Shown here one piece after another: positions 19,504-28,479 of a DNA stretch of 64,000 nucleotides (the first letter of the stretch is position 1; every line of letters starts with the position of its first letter). The notes beneath the pieces are model-generated. The model did not search any database. It saw only the letters and a program-made list of their open reading frames with translations, and was not told where the DNA came from. The position numbers and the translations under genes were made by a program. The DNA is taken from positions 4,768,001 through 4,832,000 of the forward strand of contig CAWKDB010000010.1 of assembly GCA_963848295.1 (NCBI GenBank), read 5' to 3'. The stretch comes from an uncultured delta proteobacterium (GTDB lineage Bacteria > Myxococcota_A > Polyangia > Haliangiales > Haliangiaceae).

Positions 19504-20535
19504 CTATGTCCGGCGCGCGGCGATCTCGCCAGACGGCGACGCGGTCGCGCGTGGCAGGTCTGCGCGGCGCTGATCGGCGCCGGTCTCGACCGGACACTCG
19601 GCCTTGACGTCGCCTTCGCGGCCCAGGACGAGGCGCATCTCGAGCGCGAGGCCCGCCGCGATCGTCGGGATGACTTGCATCACGTGATAGAGCAGCGCGA
19701 ACGCCAGCGCCGGCTCCTCGGCGATACCGATGATCTTGCAGCCGGCCAGCGCGCCGACCTCGAATGCGCCGACCTGCGCCGGCGTCGACGGCACCATGAT
19801 CGTCACGTTGAGCGTGAACAGCACGAGCAGTGCGGCCGCGATCGGCACGTGGATCCCGACCGCATACATCACGAGCATCACCGCGGCGAGATCGGCGAAC
19901 CACACGAGGAACAGCGGCACTAGTGCCCAGAGCAACCGCTTCGGATCGCGCAGCACGTGCATGCCGGCGATGAACCGGGTGAAGAACGAGCCGGTCCCCG
20001 CAGCCCGGTCGCTGACGCGACCGACCGCCATGTACAGCGCGATGAACAACACGACCGCGATCGCGGCGCACAGCAGCATGCCGATCTCGACCCACCTCGG
20101 GATGCCGGGCAACAGCCACGGCACCGGCGCGACGAGGATCAACATCGTCATCCCATCGAGCAGCTTCTCGGCGACCGCGACTGCCGCGGTGTCCGCGGCC
20201 GGGACGCCATCGCGACGCTTGAGCGACCACACGCGCAACACTTCACCGGCGCGCGCGGGCGTGATCGCCGAGGCCGCGAATGCCGCGACCGTGATCCGGA
20301 ACAGCCGCATCGTCTTCACGATGTGCTTCGGCGCGAGCATGACGTGCCAGCAAGCCGCTTTGCCCCACAAGCATACGAAGTTCAATCCGACCGCGATGGC
20401 GAGCGGCCAGACCTTCGCGTGGCCGAGGTCTTTGCCGAGCTTGTCCCAATCGAGCTTGCGGATGAACCACCACAGGCACGCGCTGATCACCGTGATCGCG
20501 GCAATCCGTAACGTGACAGCGAGTCGGCGGCTCAC
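19504..20535 (-). CDS. Lysylphosphatidylglycerol synthase TM-domain (UPF0104, flippase-like) protein
   Basis: Multiple TM helices; PARAGEVLR, EKLLD and PSTPAQVGAFE motifs; start uncertain (20535 or 20580). Confidence 0.85.
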   Translation of the reverse strand: MSRRLAVTLRIAAITVISACLWWFIRKLDWDKLGKDLGHAKVWPLAIAVGLNFVCLWGKAACWHVMLAPKHIVKTMRLFRITVAAFAASAITPARAGEVLRVWSLKRRDGVPAADTAAVAVAEKLLDGMTMLILVAPVPWLLPGIPRWVEIGMLLCAAIAVVLFIALYMAVGRVSDRAAGTGSFFTRFIAGMHVLRDPKRLLWALVPLFLVWFADLAAVMLVMYAVGIHVPIAAALLVLFTLNVTIMVPSTPAQVGAFEVGALAGCKIIGIAEEPALAFALLYHVMQVIPTIAAGLALEMRLVLGREGDVKAECPVETGADQRRADLPRATASPSGEIAARRT

Positions 20536-20597
20536 GCCTGGCACTCCATAAAGAATGACGTAGTCGCGTCTGATCGGCATGCGTTCGGGGCAGCCGC

Positions 20598-21632
20598 GTG
20601 ATAAGCGAGCGGTCGAACGTGACCTTGACTCCCGCGTCCGCCTCGGCCGCTCCGCGCAGTGCGTTGTGGCGCACGCTCGCGTGGATCGGGCCGGACTTCG
20701 GGCTGGTCCTCGCGTTCACCGCGGTGCTCGTGGTGCTCGTCGCCGCGTACGGCGGTTCGTACAAGTGGCGAGAAGGACCGATCGTGATCTCTGCCGGCAT
20801 CGCCGCGATCCTGGTCGCGGCCCGGTTCGTGTGGCGCGCGCCTTCGATCGTGCTCGGCATCGGCGATGCGCGCCGCGAGTTCCTGCGCGCCGCTCAGAAG
20901 ATCCTGCGCGACTGGGGGCCGCTGATCCTCATCATGTGGCTGTTCCAGAGCCTCGAGACGTATACCGGCGTGATCCGCAAGACGTCGATCGACACCTACC
21001 TGTACCGGGCGGACCTCTGGCTGTTCGGCGTCGAGCCGACCGTGTGGCTGTCGAAGCACGCCGTACCGCTGCTCACCGACTACATGTCGCTCGCGTACGG
21101 CTTGTACTTCATCACGCCGATGGTGCTCGCCACGATGCTGTCGATCCGCGGCCGGCGCGAAGACTTTCGCGAGATGTCGACCGCGGTCGTGCTCCAGCTC
21201 GGCATCGGCTTCTTGTTGTTCCTGATCTTCCCCGCCGGCCCACCGCGCTACTACGAGCCGCTGCTGCACGGCGGCCCGGGTGCCTTCGAGCCGCAGCACC
21301 TGCACTCGTACTTCGGCTTGTTCGAGCTCCAGCAAGGGGCGTTCGACAGCGCTGATCCCGCACGCACGAGGTCGGCCTTCCCTTCGCTGCATTGCAGCCT
21401 CGCGCTGCTCACGCTGATCTACTCGTACCGGTTCGGCGACGCCGTGTTTCCGCGCTTCCCGCGCCTGTGGTTCCGCATCGTCGTGCCCGCGGTGATCTCG
21501 CTGTGGATCTCGGTCGTGTACTTGCGCCACCACTGGGTGGTCGACATCTTCGCGGGCCTCGCCCTCGGCACGATCGCGAACTTGCTCGCACCCGTGCTGC
21601 GCCGCCGCTGGCCACGCGCCGTGCTGGAGTGA
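20598..21632 (+). CDS. PAP2-superfamily inositol phosphorylceramide synthase-like (AUR1/IPT1-like) membrane protein
   Basis: D.WLFG..P, FPAGPPRY, AFPSLH and YLRHHWVVD catalytic motifs. Confidence 0.8.
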   Translation: MISERSNVTLTPASASAAPRSALWRTLAWIGPDFGLVLAFTAVLVVLVAAYGGSYKWREGPIVISAGIAAILVAARFVWRAPSIVLGIGDARREFLRAAQKILRDWGPLILIMWLFQSLETYTGVIRKTSIDTYLYRADLWLFGVEPTVWLSKHAVPLLTDYMSLAYGLYFITPMVLATMLSIRGRREDFREMSTAVVLQLGIGFLLFLIFPAGPPRYYEPLLHGGPGAFEPQHLHSYFGLFELQQGAFDSADPARTRSAFPSLHCSLALLTLIYSYRFGDAVFPRFPRLWFRIVVPAVISLWISVVYLRHHWVVDIFAGLALGTIANLLAPVLRRRWPRAVLE

Positions 21633-21633
21633 G

Positions 21634-22824
21634 CTAACGATCACGCGCGCCTCCGTGCGCAGCGATCGCGGCAAAGTATTCAGCGCGGACCTGGCCGGCG
21701 AGGATGTCCCAGTCGTACGCCTCCGCGGCATGGCGGTTGAGCGCGCCGCGGTGATGGCGAGCGGCGGGACCCAGAGCAATGACATCGGTAAGCGCTTGCT
21801 CGAGGGCGCGCGCATCACCTGGCGGTACGAGCGAGCTGCCCTCGGGGATCGCGACCTGGCGATATCCGTCGATGTCGGAACACACGATCGGCTTGGCCGA
21901 CGCCATCGCCTCGAGCAACACGATGCCGAACGATTCCTGGCCGGTCGACGGCGCGACGAACACGTCGCACTCGCGGTACAGCTCGGTCAGGCGGTCGAAG
22001 CCGACGGCGCCGTGATAGTTGAGCCCGGGAAGCGCCGGCGGAGGTGCGGCCTGGCCGAGCTCGCCGATCACGTCGAGCGTCACCGGCAAGCCGCGCTCGA
22101 CCAGCCCGCGATAGGCATCGAACAGATAAGGTGCGCCCTTGCGGCGATCGCCGAGTCGGCCCACGAACAACAGCTTGACCGGCGCGTCGAACGCATGGCC
22201 GTTCGTCGTCGGCGGCGTGAAGATGTCGGTCGGTACGCCGTTCGGGATGATCGACATCGAGCGGTTCCACACGTAGCTCGCGTAACGCGCGGCCGGCTCG
22301 CTGACCGCGATCGCGCGCTGGAACCACGGAAACATCGTCGCGCTCCACGCTTTGCGCGCCCAGCCGAGCGCTCTGCTCTCCTCCTCGGAGAACGCGTGGA
22401 ACGTCGCGACGTGCGGCACGTGCGTCGTCATCCACACCGACCAATACGACAGCGACGGCTGGAGCGGCTCGTGGATATGGATGACGTCGAAGTCGTGCTC
22501 GCGAAAGAACCGCGCGATCGCGAAAGGCGACACGAAGATGCCGAGCATGTTGTCCGAGCCGTTCGCGGGGACGTTGATGATCCCGCCGAACGTCTTGGTG
22601 TCCGGATCCTTGATCGGCGCGGATGACGGCCCGACGACCGTGACCTCATCGCCGTTGCGGCGCAGCGCGGCCGCGAGCTGTTGCGCGTGGTGCTTCACGC
22701 CGCCGCCCGGCGACGCCATATCGTACGTCACCATCATGCAGACCCGCAGCTTGGCTTCCGCCGAGTCCGTGACGATCGGTGGCGGGGGCAGGGGTCTGCC
22801 CTGCGGGTCGATACGGAGAACCAT
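21634..22824 (-). CDS. GT4 glycosyltransferase, PimA (phosphatidylinositol mannosyltransferase)-like
   Basis: YDMASPGGGV, VPANGS, FDVIHIHEP..PSLS, VATFH, IPNGV and PSTGQESFGIVLLEAMA closely parallel recalled PimA motifs. Confidence 0.85.
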   Translation of the reverse strand: MVLRIDPQGRPLPPPPIVTDSAEAKLRVCMMVTYDMASPGGGVKHHAQQLAAALRRNGDEVTVVGPSSAPIKDPDTKTFGGIINVPANGSDNMLGIFVSPFAIARFFREHDFDVIHIHEPLQPSLSYWSVWMTTHVPHVATFHAFSEEESRALGWARKAWSATMFPWFQRAIAVSEPAARYASYVWNRSMSIIPNGVPTDIFTPPTTNGHAFDAPVKLLFVGRLGDRRKGAPYLFDAYRGLVERGLPVTLDVIGELGQAAPPPALPGLNYHGAVGFDRLTELYRECDVFVAPSTGQESFGIVLLEAMASAKPIVCSDIDGYRQVAIPEGSSLVPPGDARALEQALTDVIALGPAARHHRGALNRHAAEAYDWDILAGQVRAEYFAAIAAHGGARDR

Positions 22825-22925
22825 AGGCTAGGTGTCGCAACCTAGCGGATCGGTGGCCAGGGTCAAGGGGTCTCCAATCCCGGCAAATCCTGGACAACCA
22901 GGCACTTGGAAGGCATGGTCGGCCG

Positions 22926-25427
22926 GTGATCCCAGCCGCTGCGTTCGCCCATCGGTACGCCCGATGGATCGAGCGGAACCGGTGGTGGATCGTGCTCGGC
23001 TCGATCGCGTTCACCGTGGTCGCCGGGCTCGCGGCGGCGCGGCTTCAAGTGCGCGCCGACTTCTCGTACTTGCTACCGCAGTCGGTGCGCTCGGTGAAAG
23101 ATCTGCGCGCGATCGAACGGCGCGCGCGGGTGATCGGCAGCGCCGAGGTGGCGGTCGAGGATCTCGACGCGTCGGCGGTCTACATCGCGAGCGGCTTCGG
23201 CGCGACGCTCGTACCGCGTCACACCGCGGAGCGCCGGCGCGCGGCGCTGATGATGCGCGACAAGATCGCAGGGCTGTCGAAAGATCTGGTGTCCGGCGTC
23301 ACGTTCGATCACTCGATCGAGCACAAGTACGCTTGGGATCACCGCTGGCTGTTCGCGAAGCTCGGCGATCTGACGCGGGCCCGCGACGCGCTCGCCGACG
23401 AGATCCGCCGCGCGAAGCTCGACGCGAACCCGGCGTTCGTCGATCTGGCCCCGCCGACGAGTCAGCCAGACGCGGCGAGCGAGCTCCGCGGCAAGTTGCG
23501 CGAGGCCGACGCCGACAAGGACGATCCGGGCGAGTACGTCGGCAAGGACCAGACGCTGCAGGCGATGATCGTCCACACCGCGTTCTCGGGCGACATCGAC
23601 AAGGACAACGAGCTGCTCGCCGAGCTCGAGCGAGTCCGCGGCGAAGTGCTCGCTCGGGTTCACGGCGTCAACATCGGGATCGCCGGCGGCGTCGCGGTCG
23701 AGATCGCCGAGCACGACTCGATCTTGAACGGCATGGTGCTCGCGACCGCGGTCACCGTCACGCTCGTGCTCGCCGGCATGCTGTGGTTCTTCCGCTCGGT
23801 GCTCGCGGTCGGCGCGCTGTCGTGGGGGTTGTCGGTCGGCACCGCCGCGACCTTCGCGTTCACGTACCTCGCGCTCGGCTACTTGAACCTCGCGACCGCG
23901 TTCCTGTCGTCGATCGTGATCGGCAACGGCATCAACGTCGGGATCCTCGTGACCGCACGTTACCTCGAGGAGCTGCGCGCCGGCCGCGATGGCGCCGATG
24001 CCCTCGCCGGCGCGCTCGCGCATACCGCCGCCGGCACGCTCGCGGCCGCGCTCACGGCGGCCGTCGCGTACGCCTCGCTGATCATCACGGTGTTCCGCGG
24101 CTTCCGCCACTTCGGGATCATCGGCGGCGTCGGCATCTTGCTGTGCTGGATCGCGGCCTACACCGTGCTCCCGGCGGCGCTCTCGATCGCCCGCCGACTC
24201 GGAATGAAGCCCGGCAAACCGTCGCCGCTCGGCGGCTGGCTCGCGAGGCTCCTGCCGAGGAGCCTCGGGGCGGTCGCGATCGTGACGATCGGGCTCGTCG
24301 TGCTCGCGGGCGCGATCACCGCGCGCTACCTCGCCGAGGATCCGTTCGAGTCGAACTTCAAGAACCTGCGCTCGCACAGCCCCACGATCACCGCCGAGAA
24401 GGTGTGGATGCACTCGATCGATCGGGCGTTCGGCGAGGGCCTCGACTCGGCGTTCGTGATCGCGGTCGATCGGCGCGATGAAGTCGCGCCGCTGGTCGCG
24501 GAGCTGAAACGGACGGATCTGAAGCGCGCGACGCACGACAAGTTGTTCGCCCAGCTCTACACGATGGACGACGTGCTTCCGTCCGATCAGCCGAAGAAGC
24601 TCGCGGTGCTCGCCGAGATTCGCGAGTTGCTCTCGAACAAGGATCTCGATCTGCTCGACCCGAAGGATCGCGACGAGGCGCTACGTCTGCGTCCGCCCGC
24701 CGACCTCCACACGCTGACCGACGCCGACGTGCCGGAGGCGATCGCCGCCCCGTTCACCGAGAACGACAACTCGCGCGGCAAGCTGATCCTCGCGACCGCC
24801 GGGTCGGGCTACGAGATCTGGGACGCGCACGATGCGGTCCGGTTTTCGGACAACGTTCGCGCGTTGCACTTGCCGGCTGACGTTCATTTCGGCGGCGCAT
24901 CGTTCATCTTTGCAGATGTGATCGACGCGGTGCTCACCGATGGTCCTCGCGCCACGCTGGCCTCGCTCGCCGGCGCGATCCTCGTCGTGTTGCTCGTCGT
25001 CGGGCGCAACCGCCACGGGCTCGTCACGATCATCTGCGGGCTATCCGGGACGATCTTGATGCTGGGTACGTGCGCGTTACTCGGCCTCAAGATCAACTTC
25101 TTGGATTTCGTCGCGCTGCCGATCACGATCGGTATCGGCATCGAGTACTCGGTGAACATCGCGACCCGCGAGCGCCAAGAAGGGCCGGGCAAAGGGCGCG
25201 CCGCGCTCGCGACCACCGGTGGCGCCGTGTTCATCTGCTCCTATACGACGATCGTCGGCTGGGGCTCGCTGCTGTTGTCGCAGAACAAGGGGATCAACTC
25301 GTTCGGCCTCGCCGCGATGATCGGCGAGATCACGTGCCTCGGCGTCGCGCTCGTGCTCGCGCCCTCTCTGCTGTGGTTCACCGCGCGCAGGTTGCTCGCG
25401 CCGCGCGTCGATGAATCGTTGACGTGA
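22926..25427 (+). CDS. MMPL/RND family lipid transporter
   Basis: Two repeats of TM1 + periplasmic loop + 5 TM helices; IGNGINVG and IGIGIEYSV motifs; 833 aa. Confidence 0.88.
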   Translation: MIPAAAFAHRYARWIERNRWWIVLGSIAFTVVAGLAAARLQVRADFSYLLPQSVRSVKDLRAIERRARVIGSAEVAVEDLDASAVYIASGFGATLVPRHTAERRRAALMMRDKIAGLSKDLVSGVTFDHSIEHKYAWDHRWLFAKLGDLTRARDALADEIRRAKLDANPAFVDLAPPTSQPDAASELRGKLREADADKDDPGEYVGKDQTLQAMIVHTAFSGDIDKDNELLAELERVRGEVLARVHGVNIGIAGGVAVEIAEHDSILNGMVLATAVTVTLVLAGMLWFFRSVLAVGALSWGLSVGTAATFAFTYLALGYLNLATAFLSSIVIGNGINVGILVTARYLEELRAGRDGADALAGALAHTAAGTLAAALTAAVAYASLIITVFRGFRHFGIIGGVGILLCWIAAYTVLPAALSIARRLGMKPGKPSPLGGWLARLLPRSLGAVAIVTIGLVVLAGAITARYLAEDPFESNFKNLRSHSPTITAEKVWMHSIDRAFGEGLDSAFVIAVDRRDEVAPLVAELKRTDLKRATHDKLFAQLYTMDDVLPSDQPKKLAVLAEIRELLSNKDLDLLDPKDRDEALRLRPPADLHTLTDADVPEAIAAPFTENDNSRGKLILATAGSGYEIWDAHDAVRFSDNVRALHLPADVHFGGASFIFADVIDAVLTDGPRATLASLAGAILVVLLVVGRNRHGLVTIICGLSGTILMLGTCALLGLKINFLDFVALPITIGIGIEYSVNIATRERQEGPGKGRAALATTGGAVFICSYTTIVGWGSLLLSQNKGINSFGLAAMIGEITCLGVALVLAPSLLWFTARRLLAPRVDESLT

Positions 25428-25430
25428 GCG

Positions 25431-26444
25431 CTAGGTCTTCGCGAGGTAGGGCTGCATGAACACCAGCCCTTGGGCTTCGCGCGCCTCCCATGCCTTCATC
25501 CATGGCGTCGAGCGATAGCGATCCCACAGATCCGCGGCGATCGTGACGACCGGACCGGTGATGTCGGCCCGCGCGGCGACGCGCAACGCGGCGACGACGT
25601 TCGTCCCACTCGAGCCGCCGACCGGCAGACCCTCTTCGCGGCTCAAGCGCTCGACCATCGCGAACGAGTCGGCGTCGGAGATCTTCTCGGCCCAGTCGAC
25701 CGCATCGCGGTGCAGGTTCGACGGCACGGTCGCAGAGCCGATGCCCTCGACCGCAAACGGACCGTCGGGCCCGAGCTCGCCGGTGTTGACCCATTCGCCC
25801 AAGCCCGAGCCGATCGGATCCGCCATCACGACCTTCGCGCCGGGCAAGCGCTCCTTCAGGTAACGACCGACGCCACTGATCGTGCCGCCGGTGCCCGCGG
25901 CGCTGACGAAGGCGCCGATCGTGCCGCCCGTCTGCTCGAAGATCTCGGGGCCGGTCGCGGTGACGCCGGTACCCCCGTAGTGCGCGATCAGGTTTGCCGG
26001 GTTGTGGAATTGATTCGCGAGGAACCAGCCGTGCTCTTCGGCGAGCCGCGCCGCGACGTTGCGGAAGTTGTCCGGGCTCTTCATGCCGCCGGGCTTCGCG
26101 ATGTAGACCTCGGCGCCGAGCTGGCGCAGCGCGACGCGTTTGTCGGACGCGACCCGTTCGGGGATGACGCAGATGCAGCGATAGCCGCGTGAAGCGGCGA
26201 CGAGCGCGAGCCCCATCCCGGTGTTGCCGGCGGTGCCCTCGATGATCGTCATCGGCGGGTCCTGGTGCGGCTTCAACACGCCGCGAGCTTCGGCGTCGAG
26301 GATGATCGCGCGGGCCGTGCGGTCCTTCACGCTGCCACCCGGATTCATGTGCTCGCACTTGACGAACACGCGATTCGGCAGCCCGACGGCGATCCGCTTG
26401 AGCTCGATCAGTGGCGTGTGGCCAATGGCTTCGGTGATGTCCAT
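25431..26444 (-). CDS. PLP-dependent cysteine synthase family protein
   Basis: IGHTPL, KCEHMNPGGSVKDR, TAGNTG, GTGGTISG, EGIG and GGSSG motifs. Confidence 0.93.
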   Translation of the reverse strand: MDITEAIGHTPLIELKRIAVGLPNRVFVKCEHMNPGGSVKDRTARAIILDAEARGVLKPHQDPPMTIIEGTAGNTGMGLALVAASRGYRCICVIPERVASDKRVALRQLGAEVYIAKPGGMKSPDNFRNVAARLAEEHGWFLANQFHNPANLIAHYGGTGVTATGPEIFEQTGGTIGAFVSAAGTGGTISGVGRYLKERLPGAKVVMADPIGSGLGEWVNTGELGPDGPFAVEGIGSATVPSNLHRDAVDWAEKISDADSFAMVERLSREEGLPVGGSSGTNVVAALRVAARADITGPVVTIAADLWDRYRSTPWMKAWEAREAQGLVFMQPYLAKT

Positions 26445-26560
26445 GGGGACGCTGTCTCTATTGTCACTTTGCGCCGGCTGGCTGCCGAGCTAACGCTTCG
26501 TGATCGCTTAGGAAGTGTTGGTGGAAGTGTTGGTGACGCTGTCTCTTTTGTCAACTTGCG
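26445..26560. repeat. Two direct copies of the REP-like repeat plus a 12-bp tandem duplication
   Basis: GGGGACGCTGTCTCTATTGTCACTTTGCG (26445-26473) and GGTGACGCTGTCTCTTTTGTCAACTTGCG (26532-26560); GGAAGTGTTGGT x2 at 26511-26534. Confidence 0.7.
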
Positions 26561-26570
26561 GCGTCCGAAC

Positions 26571-26616
26571 TTGACATGTATCACGTCGTGATACACAACG
26601 TATCACATCGTGACAC
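26571..26616 (+). promoter_or_regulatory. Promoter (-35 TTGACA) overlapped by tandem palindromic operators
   Basis: TTGACA at 26571-76; TGTATCAC-GTC-GTGATACA at 26577-95; GTATCAC-ATC-GTGACAC at 26600-16 covers the GTG start. Confidence 0.7.
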
Positions 26617-27035
26617 GTCAGCCGCCGCCCGATCCAGAGGAGCCCGAGCTTAAAGAGCGCGTGATCCATACGCGGGTGCCGGAGAGTCTCGAGACCGAGC
26701 TGCGCAAGCGCGCCGGCGATCTTGGCATCTCGGTCTCGAACCTCGTCCGCAACGTGCTCGGCCACGCGTTTGGCCTGGTCGGCGACGTGGTCGCGGACAG
26801 TCACGCTATCGCGCGAGCGGCGCGCGGCGAGGTCGAGCGTGCCGCGGCCAGCCCGAAGTCAACCGACGAGGTGATCGGCTGGCAGGCGTTGTCGCTCGCG
26901 AAGAATGCGATCTGCGATCGCTGCAACGCCGTGCTGCCGAAAGGCGGCTCGGCGGCGATCGGAATCACGGCACGCGGCGCGACCGGACCGATCCGGTGCG
27001 CGACGTGCAGCTCCGAAGGAGACGCCCATGAATGA
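26610..27035 (+). CDS. Ribbon-helix-helix DNA-binding protein with C-terminal Cys4 zinc finger
   Basis: RVIHTRVPESLETELRKRAGDLGISVSNLVRNVL fits the RHH pattern; CDRC...CATC. Confidence 0.75.
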   Translation: MTRQPPPDPEEPELKERVIHTRVPESLETELRKRAGDLGISVSNLVRNVLGHAFGLVGDVVADSHAIARAARGEVERAAASPKSTDEVIGWQALSLAKNAICDRCNAVLPKGGSAAIGITARGATGPIRCATCSSEGDAHE

Positions 27036-28479
27036 GCCTGCAATCGCGACCGCACTCTCCGAGTTGTTCGCGCCCGTGCGCGCGACCGCCGCGTCGACCG
27101 CCCGCTTGCTCGCGCGGTTGGGAACGCGGATCGATGCCTTGTCGCTCGATCTCGCGCGCGATGCCGGTGCGATCGCGCGCAACGCTCAAGCGTTCGCCGG
27201 CGCCGCTCGCGAACAAGCGACCTCGTTGACCCGCGCGACGCCGCGGATCACGCGCCTCGCTCAGGTCGCGGCAGCATTGCTCGCGCGCCAGCGCTGGTTG
27301 CGGCTCGCGGCGGCGGCGCGCGGGCACGACCGGCTCGGCGAAGACGATCATCGCGATCTGGCGCAGCGGGCGACCGCGTACGCCGCGGAGCTGCGCGGTG
27401 GCATCGCGAAGCTCGGCCAGCTCGCGTCGTGCCGGCCGGATCTCGTCGGCGCGGTGTGGGCGAGCGAGCTCGCGCAGCTCCAGGACGAAGTGCCGGCCGT
27501 CGCGACCGAAGCGATCCGCCAGCGGATCGAGGCCGAGCTCGGCAAGCCGATCACCGATGTGTTCGCCGAGCTCTCCGATGAGCCACTCGCCGCCGCGTCG
27601 CTCGCGCAGGTTCACGCCGCGCGGCTAGCCGATGGAGCGCACGTCGTCGTCAAGGTTCAGGTCCCGGGCATCGAGGACGTCATCGCCGCCGACATCGCGG
27701 CGCTGCGCGCGGTCGCCGGCGTGGTCGGCGACGTCCCGGGCGTCGATCTGCCAACGCTGACCAAAGAGCTCGTGCGCGCGCTCGCGATCGAGCTCGACTA
27801 CACCGCCGAAGCCGACGCGATGCAGCGGTTCGCGACGAGCGCCGGCCCGAAGGTCGTCGTGCCCGAGCCGATCGCGCATGCATCGTCGCCGCGCATCCTC
27901 ACGATGACGAAGGTCACCGGCGAGCGGCTCGCGGCGTACCTCGAGCACGCCGCGTCCGCCGATCGCGACCGCATCCTCGGCGTCCTCGTCGCGGAGGTCG
28001 CGGAGCAAGTCCTCGTCCACGGTTTCGTCCACGCCGATCCGCATCCCGGCAACTTCCTCGTCACACCGGACGGCAAGCTCGCGATCCTCGACTTCGGTTG
28101 CATGCTCGAGCTCTCGACGGCAGAGCGCGGCGCGTACGCACGGCTCGTGCTCGCGATCGCGTCGGGCAATCGCGAAGGCGCGGGAGCCGAGCTCGCGACG
28201 CTCGGCTTCTCCGCCGACGATCCCGCACAGCTCGTCGAGCTCGCCGGCTCGTTGGTCGGCGCGATGCGCCCGGGCGCCGACGTCGCGACCCTCGATTGGC
28301 AAGCGGCGTTCTCCGATCAGATCGCGCGCGCGAAGCAGCTCGACGGTCTGACGATTCCCCCGTCGTTCGTGTTGCTCGGCCGCGTGCTCGTGACCGTCGC
28401 GGGCTTACTCGCCCGCTATCGCCCGGCGATCCAGCTCCACGCGTTGCTCGCGCGCCACCTCGCTGCCGCGGTCGGCTAG
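27028..28479 (+). CDS. AarF/UbiB/ABC1 family atypical kinase
   Basis: KLGQ, LQD, PLAAASLAQVH, VVVKVQ, ELDY..E, HADPHPGN and LDFG motifs; RBS AAGGAG. Confidence 0.93.
   Translation: MNEPAIATALSELFAPVRATAASTARLLARLGTRIDALSLDLARDAGAIARNAQAFAGAAREQATSLTRATPRITRLAQVAAALLARQRWLRLAAAARGHDRLGEDDHRDLAQRATAYAAELRGGIAKLGQLASCRPDLVGAVWASELAQLQDEVPAVATEAIRQRIEAELGKPITDVFAELSDEPLAAASLAQVHAARLADGAHVVVKVQVPGIEDVIAADIAALRAVAGVVGDVPGVDLPTLTKELVRALAIELDYTAEADAMQRFATSAGPKVVVPEPIAHASSPRILTMTKVTGERLAAYLEHAASADRDRILGVLVAEVAEQVLVHGFVHADPHPGNFLVTPDGKLAILDFGCMLELSTAERGAYARLVLAIASGNREGAGAELATLGFSADDPAQLVELAGSLVGAMRPGADVATLDWQAAFSDQIARAKQLDGLTIPPSFVLLGRVLVTVAGLLARYRPAIQLHALLARHLAAAVG

Noticed and set aside
18123..25427. 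Hopanoid (hpnO/hpnN) cluster
   Set aside because: No squalene-hopene cyclase, radical SAM or other hpn genes in the window; the neighbours point to inositol-type lipids
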